Below are positions 12,582-25,986 of a stretch of 64,000 bases of DNA, piece after piece. The stretch is from the NCBI GenBank assembly GCA_000320545.1, contig ADNK01002688.1, positions 51,346 to 115,345 of the forward strand, in the 5' to 3' direction. The stretch's first letter is position 1; every line of letters starts with the position of its first letter. The position numbers and the translations under genes were made by a program. The DNA is from Bigelowiella natans CCMP2755. Lineage: Eukaryota > Protista > Cercozoa. The notes beneath the pieces are model-generated. The model searched no databases. It saw nothing but the letters and a program-made list of their open reading frames with translations, and was not told the origin of the DNA.

Positions 12582-14305
12582 TTCTCTTCAGGGAGATGTA
12601 GGGTTCCCTCTTGACTACAGTGCTGGGGATGCACGTTATTCTGCAATATTTATGACTGATCCTTTCTTTTCGGTATACGGATACGGCCCATCTCTCACAG
12701 ATTTCAGATCGGTACTGCTACTATTACTATTACTACTACTACTACTACTACTACAACCACTGTACTATTAGCTGCTACTGCCTCAGTACTGTTGTTTATT
12801 ATATAGGGTGAGATACTAGTAGGACATGTGTTGTTGGGGTTCTCTAGTTTTGTCAGAGGCACCTCCGCCTTTTCTTTGGAGGCTTTACAAAAAGGTAGAT
12901 AAAACGTCAAGAACGTAGGAAACGAGAGGAGGAAGGAGAAGGGGGAGGGTTAGGGTGATTTATAGCGGCAGTTGAAATGCCTTGTTTGTTAACAACAGTT
13001 TGCTTAGTTCCAGTAATTGTGCATTTCGTCAATCTTTACCATCTATTTTGCCTCATCAACTATTTTGTATTTTCTAGTTGATGTGTTTTGCTGCTAATTA
13101 TAACTATTGAAAATTGGTAGTAAAATTTTCTTTTTCTGTGCTATAATAGTATATTTTTGTTCCTATCATTTTTTATAAATTCATTATTATTATTTGTTTT
13201 GTTGATTGATATATTCAGATTTCGACTATCCAATGCTCGAAGCAGATCATCCTGATGTTGTCAAAAACCTCTACTTCACGGTAGTATTGCTTCCTTCCGT
13301 TATTATTTCGATGTTTGTGCTCAAAGCTTCTTTGTCCGTATCAGAGTATTTCTTCTTTTATGCAACAGTCTTTATCATCACCATACACATTTAGATGATA
13401 CGCAGTAGCAATATCATTATGACTTTATCATCATCATCGCCATGCACATTTAGATGATACGCAGTAGCAATATCATTATGACGATGATGATGATGATGAT
13501 GGTGGTGATGATGATATGGGCATATATATTATGATAAATCATCTTTAGGTTATGCACGAGGTAGGCCACACACTTGGTTTGAGGCACAACTTTATCTCCA
13601 CAGAAGATGGAAAGTCAAGTGTGATGGATTACCCTGATGATATCGGTACTATAATTCATCCATCCATCATCGTCTACTACTACTACTACTACTACTACTG
13701 GAAAAGACAGACGTGTTTGCCGTTCACATTTCTTCTCCTTCTTCTTCTTCTTCTTCTTCTTCTTCTTCTTCTCCTTATGCCAATTATTAACAATAAGCGT
13801 CGATTCCTCTCTCCTTCCCTTGACCTCTCACTACTACTCGTGTCCCCTCCCCCGCGTCATTCTAATTGAAAGACACTGTAAGCGTTCGGGGAGAAGGCAT
13901 CTTTGGAGGTTGAGCATGTGTGTGTGTGTGTGGGTGTGTGTGTGTGTGTAAAACTCCTCTTTGGGTATTCTTTCTGATTTACTGGTGGTTGATAGGACAT
14001 TATCTGAATGATATTGGGAAATACGACATCTATGCCATCAAATATGGGTAAGAAAGTCATTCAAGGAGTGAGTGAGTGATTGGTGGGTGTTATCAATGAT
14101 GAATAAGAACACAATCCCCATATCTTTCATCATGCTCCTCATCGTCATCATCATCATCATCCTGATCTTCATGAATGTATAGATATACACCATTGACTGA
14201 CGAAAAACGGGGTACAAAGCATCAAAAACTAAATTTACTAGCAAATGGCCAGGATCATTATGAGGTGGTTGTTCTCACTTATTTGTGTGTGTTGTTTTGT
14301 TTTGT

Positions 14306-14336
<31 letters not shown>

Positions 14337-14509
14337 TTGTGTGCGTGGTGGGTATGTGAGTAGTAGTAGCAGTTTTTATTATACTACTACTTCTACAACT
14401 AATCCTGCTACTACTACTACTACTACTACAATGATTATATAAATTATTATCATCATTGCTATTAACAATATCTTCCCCCTCCCCCTCCCCCTCCCCCTCC
14501 TTCTACTAT

Positions 14510-14541
<32 letters not shown>

Positions 14542-14800
14542 TCCCTGCTGCAGGCACTGTCACCTGTCGCGCAAAATCCTCTATTTGCAACAGATGAGAA
14601 TGTGTTTGGCCTTGATCCTCGGGTTAACCGTTGGGCAAATAACGTACGTGATGATGACTGATGACGATTGATGCTGATTGTGGTCAAGATTAAGATGCCA
14701 CGTAGAAGTACATGGCAACAACTTGGCAACAACTTGGCAACAACTTGCTGCTGCTGCTGCTGTTTCTGGCTGCGTGGTTGTAAATATAAACATCTCCCGC

Positions 14801-14836
<36 letters not shown>

Positions 14837-15372
14837 ACTGATGTTTATTCTTTTCCATTAGGTTGAGCTGATGGGAGTTGACAAACTCAAGTTCAGCATA
14901 AATCGCAAAAATCAACTGTTGAAAATAGTGGAAAGCGGTAATGTGAGGCCTGAGGTATATTCAAGTCATATCATCAGCGTCATTCAAAGCTGCTTTCGAT
15001 CTATGGGAGTCAGCATTCGTTTTATTGGAGGCTCTTTTACAGATAGAAAGCGTTTACAAGTAATAGTACCAGTAGTAGTCGTCGTCATCGTCGTCGTATT
15101 GGTTGTAATGAGTCGTAAGAACTAGGATTGGATGTTGTTGTTGTTACGATAATGATGATGATTATAATAACAATAACGATACTACATAAAGATCATTGAT
15201 GATCAGAACTACATGTTGTACTACTTGCTTTATATCCTTCATCTTTCCCCTCCACCCTCATTATCATCATCATGATCATTAACATATTCAACGAGTCAAA
15301 TAAAAGTGATCAGTATCTATGACTACTAATAATCAATTATTGCATAACTTTAATGTGGTACTGTTGTTGTTG

Positions 15373-15412
<40 letters not shown>

Positions 15413-15637
15413 GGCTAATGCAATGGAATGCATTATTATTACTACTATTTATGGTCTTTGTTGTTGTGTCCATGTACTACTACCAATGGAATACATTATT
15501 ACTACTACTATCATAGTCGTCGTTGTGTAACCCATGAACTACTACCATGATTTACCAAAAAAAAAAATGATAATAGCCTACTAAGCATGATTCTATATTT
15601 TATAATAATAGGTTAATCCATGTTCTCGTTCTATGGG

Positions 15638-15675
<38 letters not shown>

Positions 15676-16132
15676 AATAGGATAATAGTAGCAGTAGTGG
15701 TAGTAGTAGTAATAATGCTGAGTTCTGCAGCTGCTTTACCGTCATAACTAACAACCGAAACTCTGATGATGCTTAGTGTGAATAAATAATAGAATGTAGG
15801 TCGTCATCTCTCATGGATAATTGCCAATAACTTATCTATGCTGTTGAGTTTCTGTTGTTAATTATGATGGTAAAGCAGCTGCAGAACTCCACTCACACTC
15901 TGCATCAAACTCACCATCATCATCATCATCATCCTCATAGGATTTCGTGCAATAAAGTCAATGGTTGACTTTATGGTTGGCCCTCTGCTAAGATTTACGG
16001 CAGAAGAACAAAAGTGTGGATGTAGAAGGAACTTATTATTGCACTAGGAAGAGGAGGAGGAGAAGAAGAAGCATATCTCATGATGTGAAAATCGTTAAAA
16101 TAAGAAGTTGCAGTCCATAGTATTCCTTACAA

Positions 16133-16168
<36 letters not shown>

Positions 16169-16307
16169 TGGGAACAGGTACATGCTACAGGCACGATCCG
16201 ACTATTCTCTAGACCAGGTACTAATAGTATTCTTTACGATCCGACTATTTTCTAGACCAGGTAGGTGCTGCCTGCAACTATTAGTATTCTTTATACTGCT
16301 TTAAGTT

Positions 16308-16343
<36 letters not shown>

Positions 16344-16435
16344 GTTATAACGAATTAGTGATGATACATTATTCATGCTGTATTATAATGATAAGGTTGA
16401 CGTGTTCCGTATCTACCAAGACGCAGTCAAAAGGT

Positions 16436-16470
<35 letters not shown>

Positions 16471-16858
16471 AATGATCATGAAAAGAGGAGAGAAAGGACC
16501 GAAGAGAATGAATCCTATCTCAGTCAATAATAATGTGATCATGCGGAGAGGAGGAGGAGGAGGAGGAGGAGGAGGAGGAGGAGTGCAATGAGATGTAGTA
16601 GTAGTAGTGAAGAGGAGGGGGGGGGAACAGGAGGGTAATAATGACCATAAAGAATGGACAGAGTAAGCAGAAGGGTAATAATGACCATAAGAGAATGGAC
16701 AGATAATCAAGCTTCCTGCTGCTCAAATAAAATGTGTTATTTCGCATCCTCGTCATCATCTTATTATTATCATAATCATCATCATCATTATCTATCTATC
16801 TTTCTTCTTTCTTTCAGTGGTTTGTTCCTGGTTATTAACCAGCTTTTAAGGTATTATC

Positions 16859-16895
<37 letters not shown>

Positions 16896-17287
16896 GAGGG
16901 GGGGCAGGCAGCACCGCCTGTATGTTGTTGTGATGCAATTGTTGATGTACATTGATCGATTGAATGAATCAATGAACATAATAATGATAATAAGACCCTC
17001 CTCATAGGTGTGTTGTGTTGTGTTGTTTTATTATTATAATCATTATTATTACTATTGTTTAGAACCGCAAGCATAAGAACGATGAAGATGACGACATCAT
17101 CGAAAATCCCCAAAAAGTCCTCCTCCTCCTCCTCCTCCCTGTCCCTGTCCTCCTCCTCTCCCTCCAACATCTCGGCATATGAGGCATTGTCCGCCCTTTG
17201 CTTCTCTCCTGGTTACTACTACCACCACTAGTAGTAGTAGTAGTAGAAACTCCGCTATCACCATCATCATCATCATCATCATCTACT

Positions 17288-17318
<31 letters not shown>

Positions 17319-18913
17319 CGTCATGTATCGTTTATTTGTTTGACGTACGAGGGAGGGAGGGAGGGGGAGAGAGATATTTAGCTCTTGTTGTTCTTGTTGT
17401 CGTTGTCGGCGTTGTTGCCTGTCGCCGTTGATTGTTTTGTCTTCATTCGTAATGTTATTTATAGGTAATACAAACAAGTGTGTGTTTTCACCTGTGAGCG
17501 GGTATGTACGATTCTGCAAGAAGTTAATATTGTTATTCTCACAAATTATAGCTGCGGTAGTAATAGTAGTGGTAGAAGTAGTAATAGTGGTATGTTTTAT
17601 TGAATATTATCATAGAAGAAGAACAAGGGTAGCAGTCGTAAGTGACAAACTAACATATGGACTACTTCTATTAATAACTACACACAGCCTACAACACCTT
17701 CCATCTGTGGAGGAAGTTAATGATGCAGTAACGAATGATATTCACCGGATACTTGCGCAACAAATCTTCACACGACAAATAAGAAAATGTACTACTCCTC
17801 TACTAGTAGTAATAGTGTGCTTATGTTGTGAAAATGTCGTTGTCCTATTATCAATTTTTGGTGAACATCATCATCATCATCATCTTAATCAGGATTATAT
17901 ACTTTTAGTGAAGATTCTTAGTTATACGGATATGCCTTCTCATCGTCCATTATTTGTTGTTTCTCTATTATTATTATTTATCAGATTCTATACATCAAGG
18001 GGTTGCTTTGGAGTTTCAACTAGGAGCCGATGTAATAATACGTACAATGTACAACAATATTGTAATCAAAAGGAGGAGGAGGAGGGGGGGGGGAGGGGGG
18101 TAGGTTGCTACGAGGATGGCGATGATAATAATGACTGCGAGCTGACACAGCATTATTGTTGTGATACCTCTTTTTGAATTGATTTTATGATTATGACAAT
18201 CATTCTCAGCGATTATCACATCACCTTGTCCATGCTGCTGCATGCATGGTGTATTATGTTGTTGATGATAATGGTGAATAATAGGCTTTGATATCCGATA
18301 TTAAACGAATTGCCGATGCGATCCTCGATATGCCTGGTTTGTCCAAGGTCAGTGAGTGAGTGTGTCAGAGTGTTACTAAGTAACTGTGCTCTAATCAATG
18401 TGTGCTGCTGCTGCTGCAATCGATCATAATTATAATATCTCTGTCAAGAGGGAAGGGAGGGAACGGGAAAAGAATAGAGAACACACTCACAAACACTCAC
18501 ACTCACTGAGAAAGAAAGAGAGGGGAGGAGGGGGTGGAAAGAGAGAGAGGGAGAGAAAAAATACAACAATCATTACTATAAATTTAATATTAGAAATGAT
18601 ATTATATGATCAGCAGCATCATGATCTCCATGACACATGTCTTCCACTGTAAATAATATCCTGGTTGGTATATATATCACAGATGGCAAGGACACATTGG
18701 AGTAGGATTGCTGATGCTTCAGAAAAAGAGGAGGAAGAACCCAACAATCATACTGGCGACCACCATCACCACTTACAGTCGTCGCACCATCAGCACATCA
18801 ATCAACAGCAACAGCATCCTAAATGCTTCCCTCATCGTCGTAAGGATGATCAAGATATTAAAGAATCTACTACGACTACTGCTGGTTGGCTTTCTGGAGG
18901 GGGTTGCTGGTAG
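9493..18913 (+). CDS. Zinc-dependent metalloprotease (metzincin) of the bacterial DUF5117/DUF4953 (EcxA-like) family, multi-exon; 3' end uncertain
   Basis: Spliced motifs in family order: [17 protein letters not shown]|[24 protein letters not shown]...[29 protein letters not shown]|[17 protein letters not shown] (HExxHxxGxxH), Met-turn [18 protein letters not shown]|Y and LFATDE...DPRVNRW. Confidence 0.88.
13383..13482. repeat. Intronic direct duplication (~59-bp period, 2 copies)
   Basis: cacatttagatgatacgcagtagcaatatcattatgac occurs twice. Confidence 0.85.
15720..15889. repeat. Intronic 44-bp inverted repeat (hairpin or MITE-like)
   Basis: 15720-15763 (gagttctgcagctgctttaccgtcataactaacaaccgaaactc) is the reverse complement of 15846-15889 with 3 mismatches and an ~82-bp spacer. 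Confidence 0.85.
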
Positions 18914-19129
18914 TTTGTGATTTGTGTTATTATTGGTGCTATTTATTATTTATCACTCGGTTGGCAATAGAACCATTCTATTCAAAGGAGTCATATGCAT
19001 CGTGATTTTTAGGCATTGTGCGATGTACAAATCTGGCATGAACAGCCATCAAGGACGTTCTGCAGGCTACGACGATGAAGACCGGGCAAAACCTGAGATT
19101 AGGAATTTGACTACTCGTTCTATGTTATA

Positions 19130-20620
19130 GCTATCTAACGATTGATAGTGCACTGAATCTCGATGCCATGTTGTGTGCGGCATGTAGTATATCGTACTGT
19201 ATGTTATGTACTACTATCATGCTATACATCAGACGTGCACGTATAGCATTGTGTCGTCATTATCATCATTAATACATGATGGGTGCACACACCACTATAG
19301 GGATGATGTCTGATATCCCTCCTCCTAACAAGAAGTCACATGTGCTACACACACACACATACACACACACGTATAGGGACATCATATGTCCCTAAACCAG
19401 AAAAAGACTCGGCACTGCTGCATCCATATAGTACCTCAAACAAGTACTAGAGTCTAGAGAGTAAGCTAGTAGTATAGTAGTGCGTGGAGGTCGGCGGACA
19501 ACAATAAACCATGGCGGCACGCCTACTGGCAAACAACCCAGAGGCAGTCTAGCAGTGTGCACGACGACGCGTATACGCGACCATGCCAGCATGTATATGC
19601 AGCAACCACGCATGCGATGCGCCCGAAAGCAATGTTGTTGTGCCAAATAAGCATGCTCATGGCTGCGCTGTTCACATGGTTAAAAGAATCATTCATTGCC
19701 GTTAATAAACCAGACTGTGGAATCAACACAGCTTGACAGGGATACGTGTGACCGGCACCTGATCTAGTGATGTGCTGATCGACAACACATGCGTAGCATG
19801 CAACGTGCTAGCGTGTTTAGCTAGTTAGGCATGTGACCTTTAGCCTAGCCATTTGTGAACGTCTAGCTAGCCATAGCACATCTTGTCTAGACATGTCTAG
19901 ATCTAGAAATGTCTCGATGTGCATTTATTCTAGATACGTGCCTAAAAAAACACAATGAATAGCTAAAAGAGCACACAACAATGACATAATGCACAGCAGC
20001 ACCACAGACAAATTGTTTATCAAAGGAGTGGCGCTAGTAGGTATAATGCAATGACAAGGATCGTATTAATAAATAGAGTGTGGGTGCATGCGCATGCATG
20101 TACACCGCCCTCGCTAGCTTGCTTGCTTAGCTTGGCACGCCAGCATTGGCAGATGTACAATGTGTATGGCGGCACATGAATTGTCATTCATCACATGCAA
20201 GATCGAGTAAACTAGTAAAAGTCATGATATCTCCATGCAATGTCCTGCTGTACGTGACGATGTTGTCGCATTGCTGGTGCATTGTCATTGCTAGATTGTA
20301 GCGTGAGAGCAAACGATGTGCATATATCGTATCGCAGGAGGCAAGTCGCTATTTGCATTGGATAAGGATAGCATACAGCATACGCATATATCAATGCCGA
20401 CACCGCCAATACTGCCAAAATTAGGCCATAAGCCATACGTAATGCGTGTATATTCAACAAAATGCGTTTAACATTACAAGGGGTCTGTTTCTATGCGTCT
20501 GCATGATTGATGCCTAATTTGCCTTGTGCATTATGCACGCATGATGCATCTATCACTCTACCGTACGCCGTCAACCTTGCATCGCACAAGAAGGGTAGTC
20601 CACAGGATGTGATTCGAATT
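19130..20620. other. CTAG/TGCA/CATG-rich intergenic island between convergent genes
   Basis: Example: gtctagctagccatagcacatcttgtctagacatgtctagatctaga at 19861-19907. TpA depletion here is only partial. Confidence 0.7.
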
Positions 20621-20649
20621 GACACTGTATCTTTGCTGTTGCAGACAAT

Positions 20650-22424
20650 TTATCCTCCGGGAAAATAGCCAAAAGAAACTCCAGATATATTCTCCATTCT
20701 AGCTTGTCTGTTAGCACAATCTTTCATTGCAACGACAAGAGGGTCATTATCACGACGAGACTTTGAGCGTCCTTTCATCCACTTCTCCTCATCAATTGTT
20801 TGTTTAGTTATAGGTTTGGTGCTGTTCGTCCTATAATCAATTCTTGTGATGCATCTTGCCACTCTACCGTCCTGTTATTTGATCATTACAATGATTGAGT
20901 TGAATTGATCATTGCAGTGAAGTTTAAAGAAATGACTAGAAATAGATATATGTATTATTCTATTCCGAATCTAAGATTTATTGAAATCGTGATTTTTGCT
21001 ATCAAGTGATTGTTAGATGAGTGTGTTGTCCAGTCAGCGTCACATAACAAAACAATTCCCACCCCCCACACATAATAATACATCAGACCTGGAGAAGCAA
21101 TCCTTCGTTTCCACAAGGAAGAATACATCTTCTACCGTCGTCAGATTTCCTGACTTCAATAACAGCCCTAAGAGAATCCACACGAGCAGCTCTTAGGTTT
21201 TTGACTATCCTATGTGGATAATCTCTTCCAATTCTGAAGTCAGAGGCTTGTGCTCGCACCTGCCGCATATTGGTGTATTATCGCAGTAAGGACAGAGGAG
21301 AAGAAAAGGTAAGACTTTGCAGTCCAAAAATGGCTCCTCCTCCTCCTCCTCTCCTCGCTTTTGATGTGAGTCATTAATATTCTTTGTGATATAAGTCATA
21401 GTTATTATTGTTATTATTCTTCTTATTACACTTGGTGGTGCATCCCAAGGACAATGGACAAATTCATCTGGCAATTTCCTTATCTCAGGAACCCATTTCC
21501 TCGTGTACTTTGCTTCTGGATCGCAAGATTTGGCTGCGTAAACAGGATGCATCACGAAGTTCCATTGGTCAACCTACAATACAAGAAGATATGATGATGA
21601 TGATGATGATGATGATAATGACGATGATAAACAGCATTGATATTGAGTACTGCATATGCATTTTCCCTACTACTTATTACGAATAGTAGTCTATTATCGT
21701 GGTAACCAGAGTAGTAGTAGTAGAAGTAGTAGTAGTAATAGTATTAGGGGTGCTTCTCTTTGATTAATGAGGCCGTTGATGTTTAAAATACATCATAAAA
21801 TATCAATAATGGATCGATAATCCAGGCCAAATGAATGACAGCAGAAACGTATTATCAGTATTCATTATTTAGTACCCAAAAGGGATATTAATCCACTATG
21901 TTCATCATACACACACAAACACACACACACACACAGATATACACACATACACACAGACACACTCAGTTCCTCACTCGCTCATATACACACCCACCCACCC
22001 CTGAATGGCCTCCATTTTGCCACATATGCGAGTTTATGGCGACATCAGCATCCACAAGAGTCTCATGGAACCAATCAGCCCCTATCTTCCAGGATAAATT
22101 GAGGTACTCGATCAGAAACCCTGCAACTACATGTCGCATGTAATTAGGCATCCAGCCAGTGACCCACAGCTGCCTCATTCCTTATGGTAGTAGTGGTGGT
22201 GGTGGTGTTGTTTAGGAAGAGGAGGAGGATAGAGAAGGATAATAAGACTATCAATGATAATAATACTAAAAATACGAAGAAGAATGACAATAGTCGCAGC
22301 CAACAAACAACCATTGTTACAGCTATTAAGTCGTCGTTGACCATTTAATGTCATCGTCATTATCATAATCATCATCATTCTATCATCACGATTACACCAA
22401 CATAAATTGTTGTTTATAGCTTAT

Positions 22425-22467
<43 letters not shown>

Positions 22468-25212
22468 CACTCACCTGCGTCTACCAGAGGAAAGCCTGTT
22501 TGCCCTGTTTTCCAAGCTCTTACTCGAGCACCATCATCATCGTTATACCACCGTTGTTGTTCGTATTGCATCCTCAACGACAAATCAGGTAGTTGCGGAA
22601 ACTTAAACAACATCCAATACGCAAGCTCACGCCACGCTAATCGCCTTAAGAAGGCCTTACACCGATGTGCCCCTCTCCTCTTCTTTGCTGCATGGTATCT
22701 GTGAGTCATTACAAAAATAAAACTAAATGAATAATTATACAAGGGCATTATTGTAGCCATAGTAATGTGTTGTCGCTCTCAACAAGAAAGAAACGATGAG
22801 TAGTACAACACACATTGAGAGCTATTATGTATTTGATAATAATACTATAATTACGTACACGGTGTTCGGGCTAAGTTGGCCAAAACGAATGTATGGAGAA
22901 ATGACAGCTGTATTGCTTTGATCCGCTCTATGTCGGTCCCTCCCTTCAAACTTGTAAATCCCCCCACTGAGGAACTTCTCGAGTGCTACATGAGCATCTT
23001 CTTCTGTAAACCCCCACGCTTCTTCGATCCCAAATGTCCAGTTAACTTTCTCTTTAATCCATATATCACGATGTTGCTTGGTGTTTTCTCCTCTCTCCCA
23101 CCCCCCCCCATTAATATTGCACTTAGATGTAGCATTAGACTTCTGCTCATATTTCTTATTTTGTTCAGTACATTCCATCTTCTCCACTAACCCATTGTTC
23201 TTTCTGATGTTCCTTGTTTTCTGGAATAATAGTGGTTTCTGGATTTTAACCCTATCTACGACCCTCATCAAGTTACCACCCGTGCCATTATCACGACGAT
23301 GTACTCTTCTATATATTCTAATCGGCTGCTGTACAAGATTTAGACTATCAATCCCATCAGAAAAAATGGGGTAGTGCCACTGTGTCTGTATCTTATCTTC
23401 TTCTTCTTTAACAGCAGCAGTAGGTATTGGCAAAGGCCTTCTTGGCTCCCCAAACCTATTAACAATCATTCATCAGGGGAAAATAAGGAAGTCACAACTA
23501 AGGAAATGTGGTATACGAATAGTATATTCTTAAGTTCTATGATAGGAATGTTTGAAAAACATCATCAATCATCATCATCATCATGATTATTGGCACTTAC
23601 TTGATGCAGCCTCTAAGATAAAATCCAACACTTCCAAATCCATGAGAAAGAGCACCAGGCTCCTTATCAGGATGTACCTCAGTTATCTCGTACAAAACTG
23701 ATCCTTGGAACAAGTGAACAACAACTGTTGTAGCAGTATTAGTGGTAGTAGTAGTAGTGCTTGACAAAGGAGGAGGAGGAGGTGGAGGAGAAGCAACGTC
23801 ACTACAAGAAGCAGCTGTGCTAACACTACTATTTAGGTTATTTATCTTCTTTTTTATCATCTGATTATGCTTTCTATTCCCCATTGATATGAAGGTGCTG
23901 CTAATGACTTTCTTTATGAGCTCATCTCTCTCCATCAGCCATGGCTCATAGGAACGGCAATAAAATAGTGCTTCAGCTTGGGTTTCCTTGATGATTTTTG
24001 ACAACATATTCAATGTACTCTCGTTTTTACTGCTATCACATTTTCTCACAATGAGCTTCAAGTTTAGTTTTTCCTTGAGATCATGTTCTAATCCACGAAG
24101 GGCATGATAAAGCCAACATCTACACGCTCCTCGAATCCCCCATTGATGCCCACATTCCTCCTCCTCGTTCCAGATAAAAACCTGATGGATGGTATTAATT
24201 ATCAGAACATATCGACATATTATTATTATGTTGTCAATGAGAATATAATTAAGTATTTGAAAAAACAGAGAATTATTCGGATATGAGAGGATGTAGACAT
24301 CGCTTTCATCATCATCGTCATCATCATCATCATCATCATCATCATTATCAGTATCAACAACAACAACAGCACCCGATAAAGTAGCCAGTTAACACAACGA
24401 AAATTGAAAACGTAGTAGCAGTTATCTCAAGCTACTACAGGAATAATTTGAGTGCATTTCTTGTCGTTATAAGCGGCAACCAACGCCTCGTTATCGAAAA
24501 GCCTAAGATATCCGGTCTTAAACCATAAAATTCCCACTTTTTCTGCGATCACGAGGAGGAAGAGGAGGAGAAGGAAGAATGGGAATACGACGTCAAACAC
24601 AGAGAACAAATTTATGCTCAATCATCATATAATAGCAATATAGTATTCGAGTGGATATCATCATACTAAGTTTTTGTTATCATCATGATACTTATACAAC
24701 ATTATATGCGCGCATGCACGATTACGTAGTACACAAAGTAGTAGTAGCACGCAAAACAGTATTAGTAGTATTAGTAGTAGCAATGACGATGTATTCTAAA
24801 ATAGTGTAAGTTGTGGTGTACTAGGTCGCTGCTGCAGCTGGATTTGCTTGCGCCATTTCTTCCTTCTCCTCCTCCTTCGACTACTACTACTAGTACTACT
24901 ACTAGTAGTAGTACTTTTCCGTGAGGACGAAGTATGAACGATGGTTGTTCCACCATGAGTAGGAGTGTTAACTACAAACTCCTTTTCATCATTATTAGTA
25001 GTACTAAAAGGAGGGGGAGGAGGAAGAGGAGGACCACCATCCTTGCTTTCACAAGTAGTTGTAGGAAGAGTAGTAGGAGTACCAGCAGCAGCAATGAGGA
25101 AGTCTTTTGAACCAGATTTAATTGTACCATTCATTCCATTATCGCCACAAACGTAGTCATTATCATTGCCATTATCATTATCATCATCATCATCATCATT
25201 TAATGTATCATC

Positions 25213-25243
<31 letters not shown>

Positions 25244-25986
25244 TGCTGCCTTGTGAACGTTGTTGTAGTAACATCTATTGCCCATCGATGCTTTGGGTTC
25301 AATGGTAGGTATTTCTTCGTGCCAGTAATATGCCTTGGAAACCACAACCCAGATGTCAGTTTGAAGGACGGACCAGGCGCAGGACGAAGAGGAGGAGGAG
25401 GAGGAGGCTCCAGAGAGACCATTGAGGAGGAGGAGGAGGAGGTTAAAGATGCAGATAATGTATCATCATCACCAGCATTATCTTGATGATAGCTTCGAGG
25501 ATGAGATGATGAGTCCTGGTGCTGACTTCTTGCATCTTTGCTGCTACTACTACAACGAAATCCTATTTTTTGTTTCCTCCTCTGACCCGTCCATAGCCCT
25601 GCACTTCTTCTTCTTTCACAACACTGAGAAACACTACCAGCACCCATCTTTTTGCTTTGGTTTGATGTTGCAATCGTCATTCCACCGGGAGGTGAAATGG
25701 CAGGTACAGCAGTATTGGTAACAGTATTTGATCCGATGACACTACCATCTCTGTTGTGATTCCTTCGTTGGTGTGAGCAGGAGGAGGAGGAGGTCTTTGT
25801 TCCAAGCCATTCCTTCTCCTTATTATTTCGACTTAAGGAGCCTCTTGACACTCGGACTCTTCTCTCAGAGTTGAATCGAGCAGTCACAACACCGCCGACT
25901 CTCTTACTATTGCTCCTATTCTTAATAGGGTTCTTATTATTATACTTTTTGCTGCTTTTGCGGTCAAGCCTTCCTCCTTTATACAA
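20650..25986 (-). CDS. DNA photolyase/cryptochrome family protein (class III CPD / plant-CRY-like) with long low-complexity N-terminal extension; true start not resolved
   Basis: Motifs: ILWFKTGYLRLFDNEAL, FYCRSYEPWLMERD, TAVISPYIRFGQLSP, FLRRLAWRELAYW, AWKTGQTGFPLVDAG|MRQLWVTGWMPNYMRHVVAGFL..W..GADWFHETLVDADVAINSHMWQ and DPEAKYTRKWVPE...HCPW. The last exon DGRVARCITRIDYR...GG* ends at 20650. Confidence 0.92.

Noticed and set aside
19292-19394. CACTA transposon terminus and small hairpin (tagggacat-cat-atgtcccta)
   Set aside because: No matching opposite TIR, TSD or transposase is visible, and short palindromes are expected in this composition.
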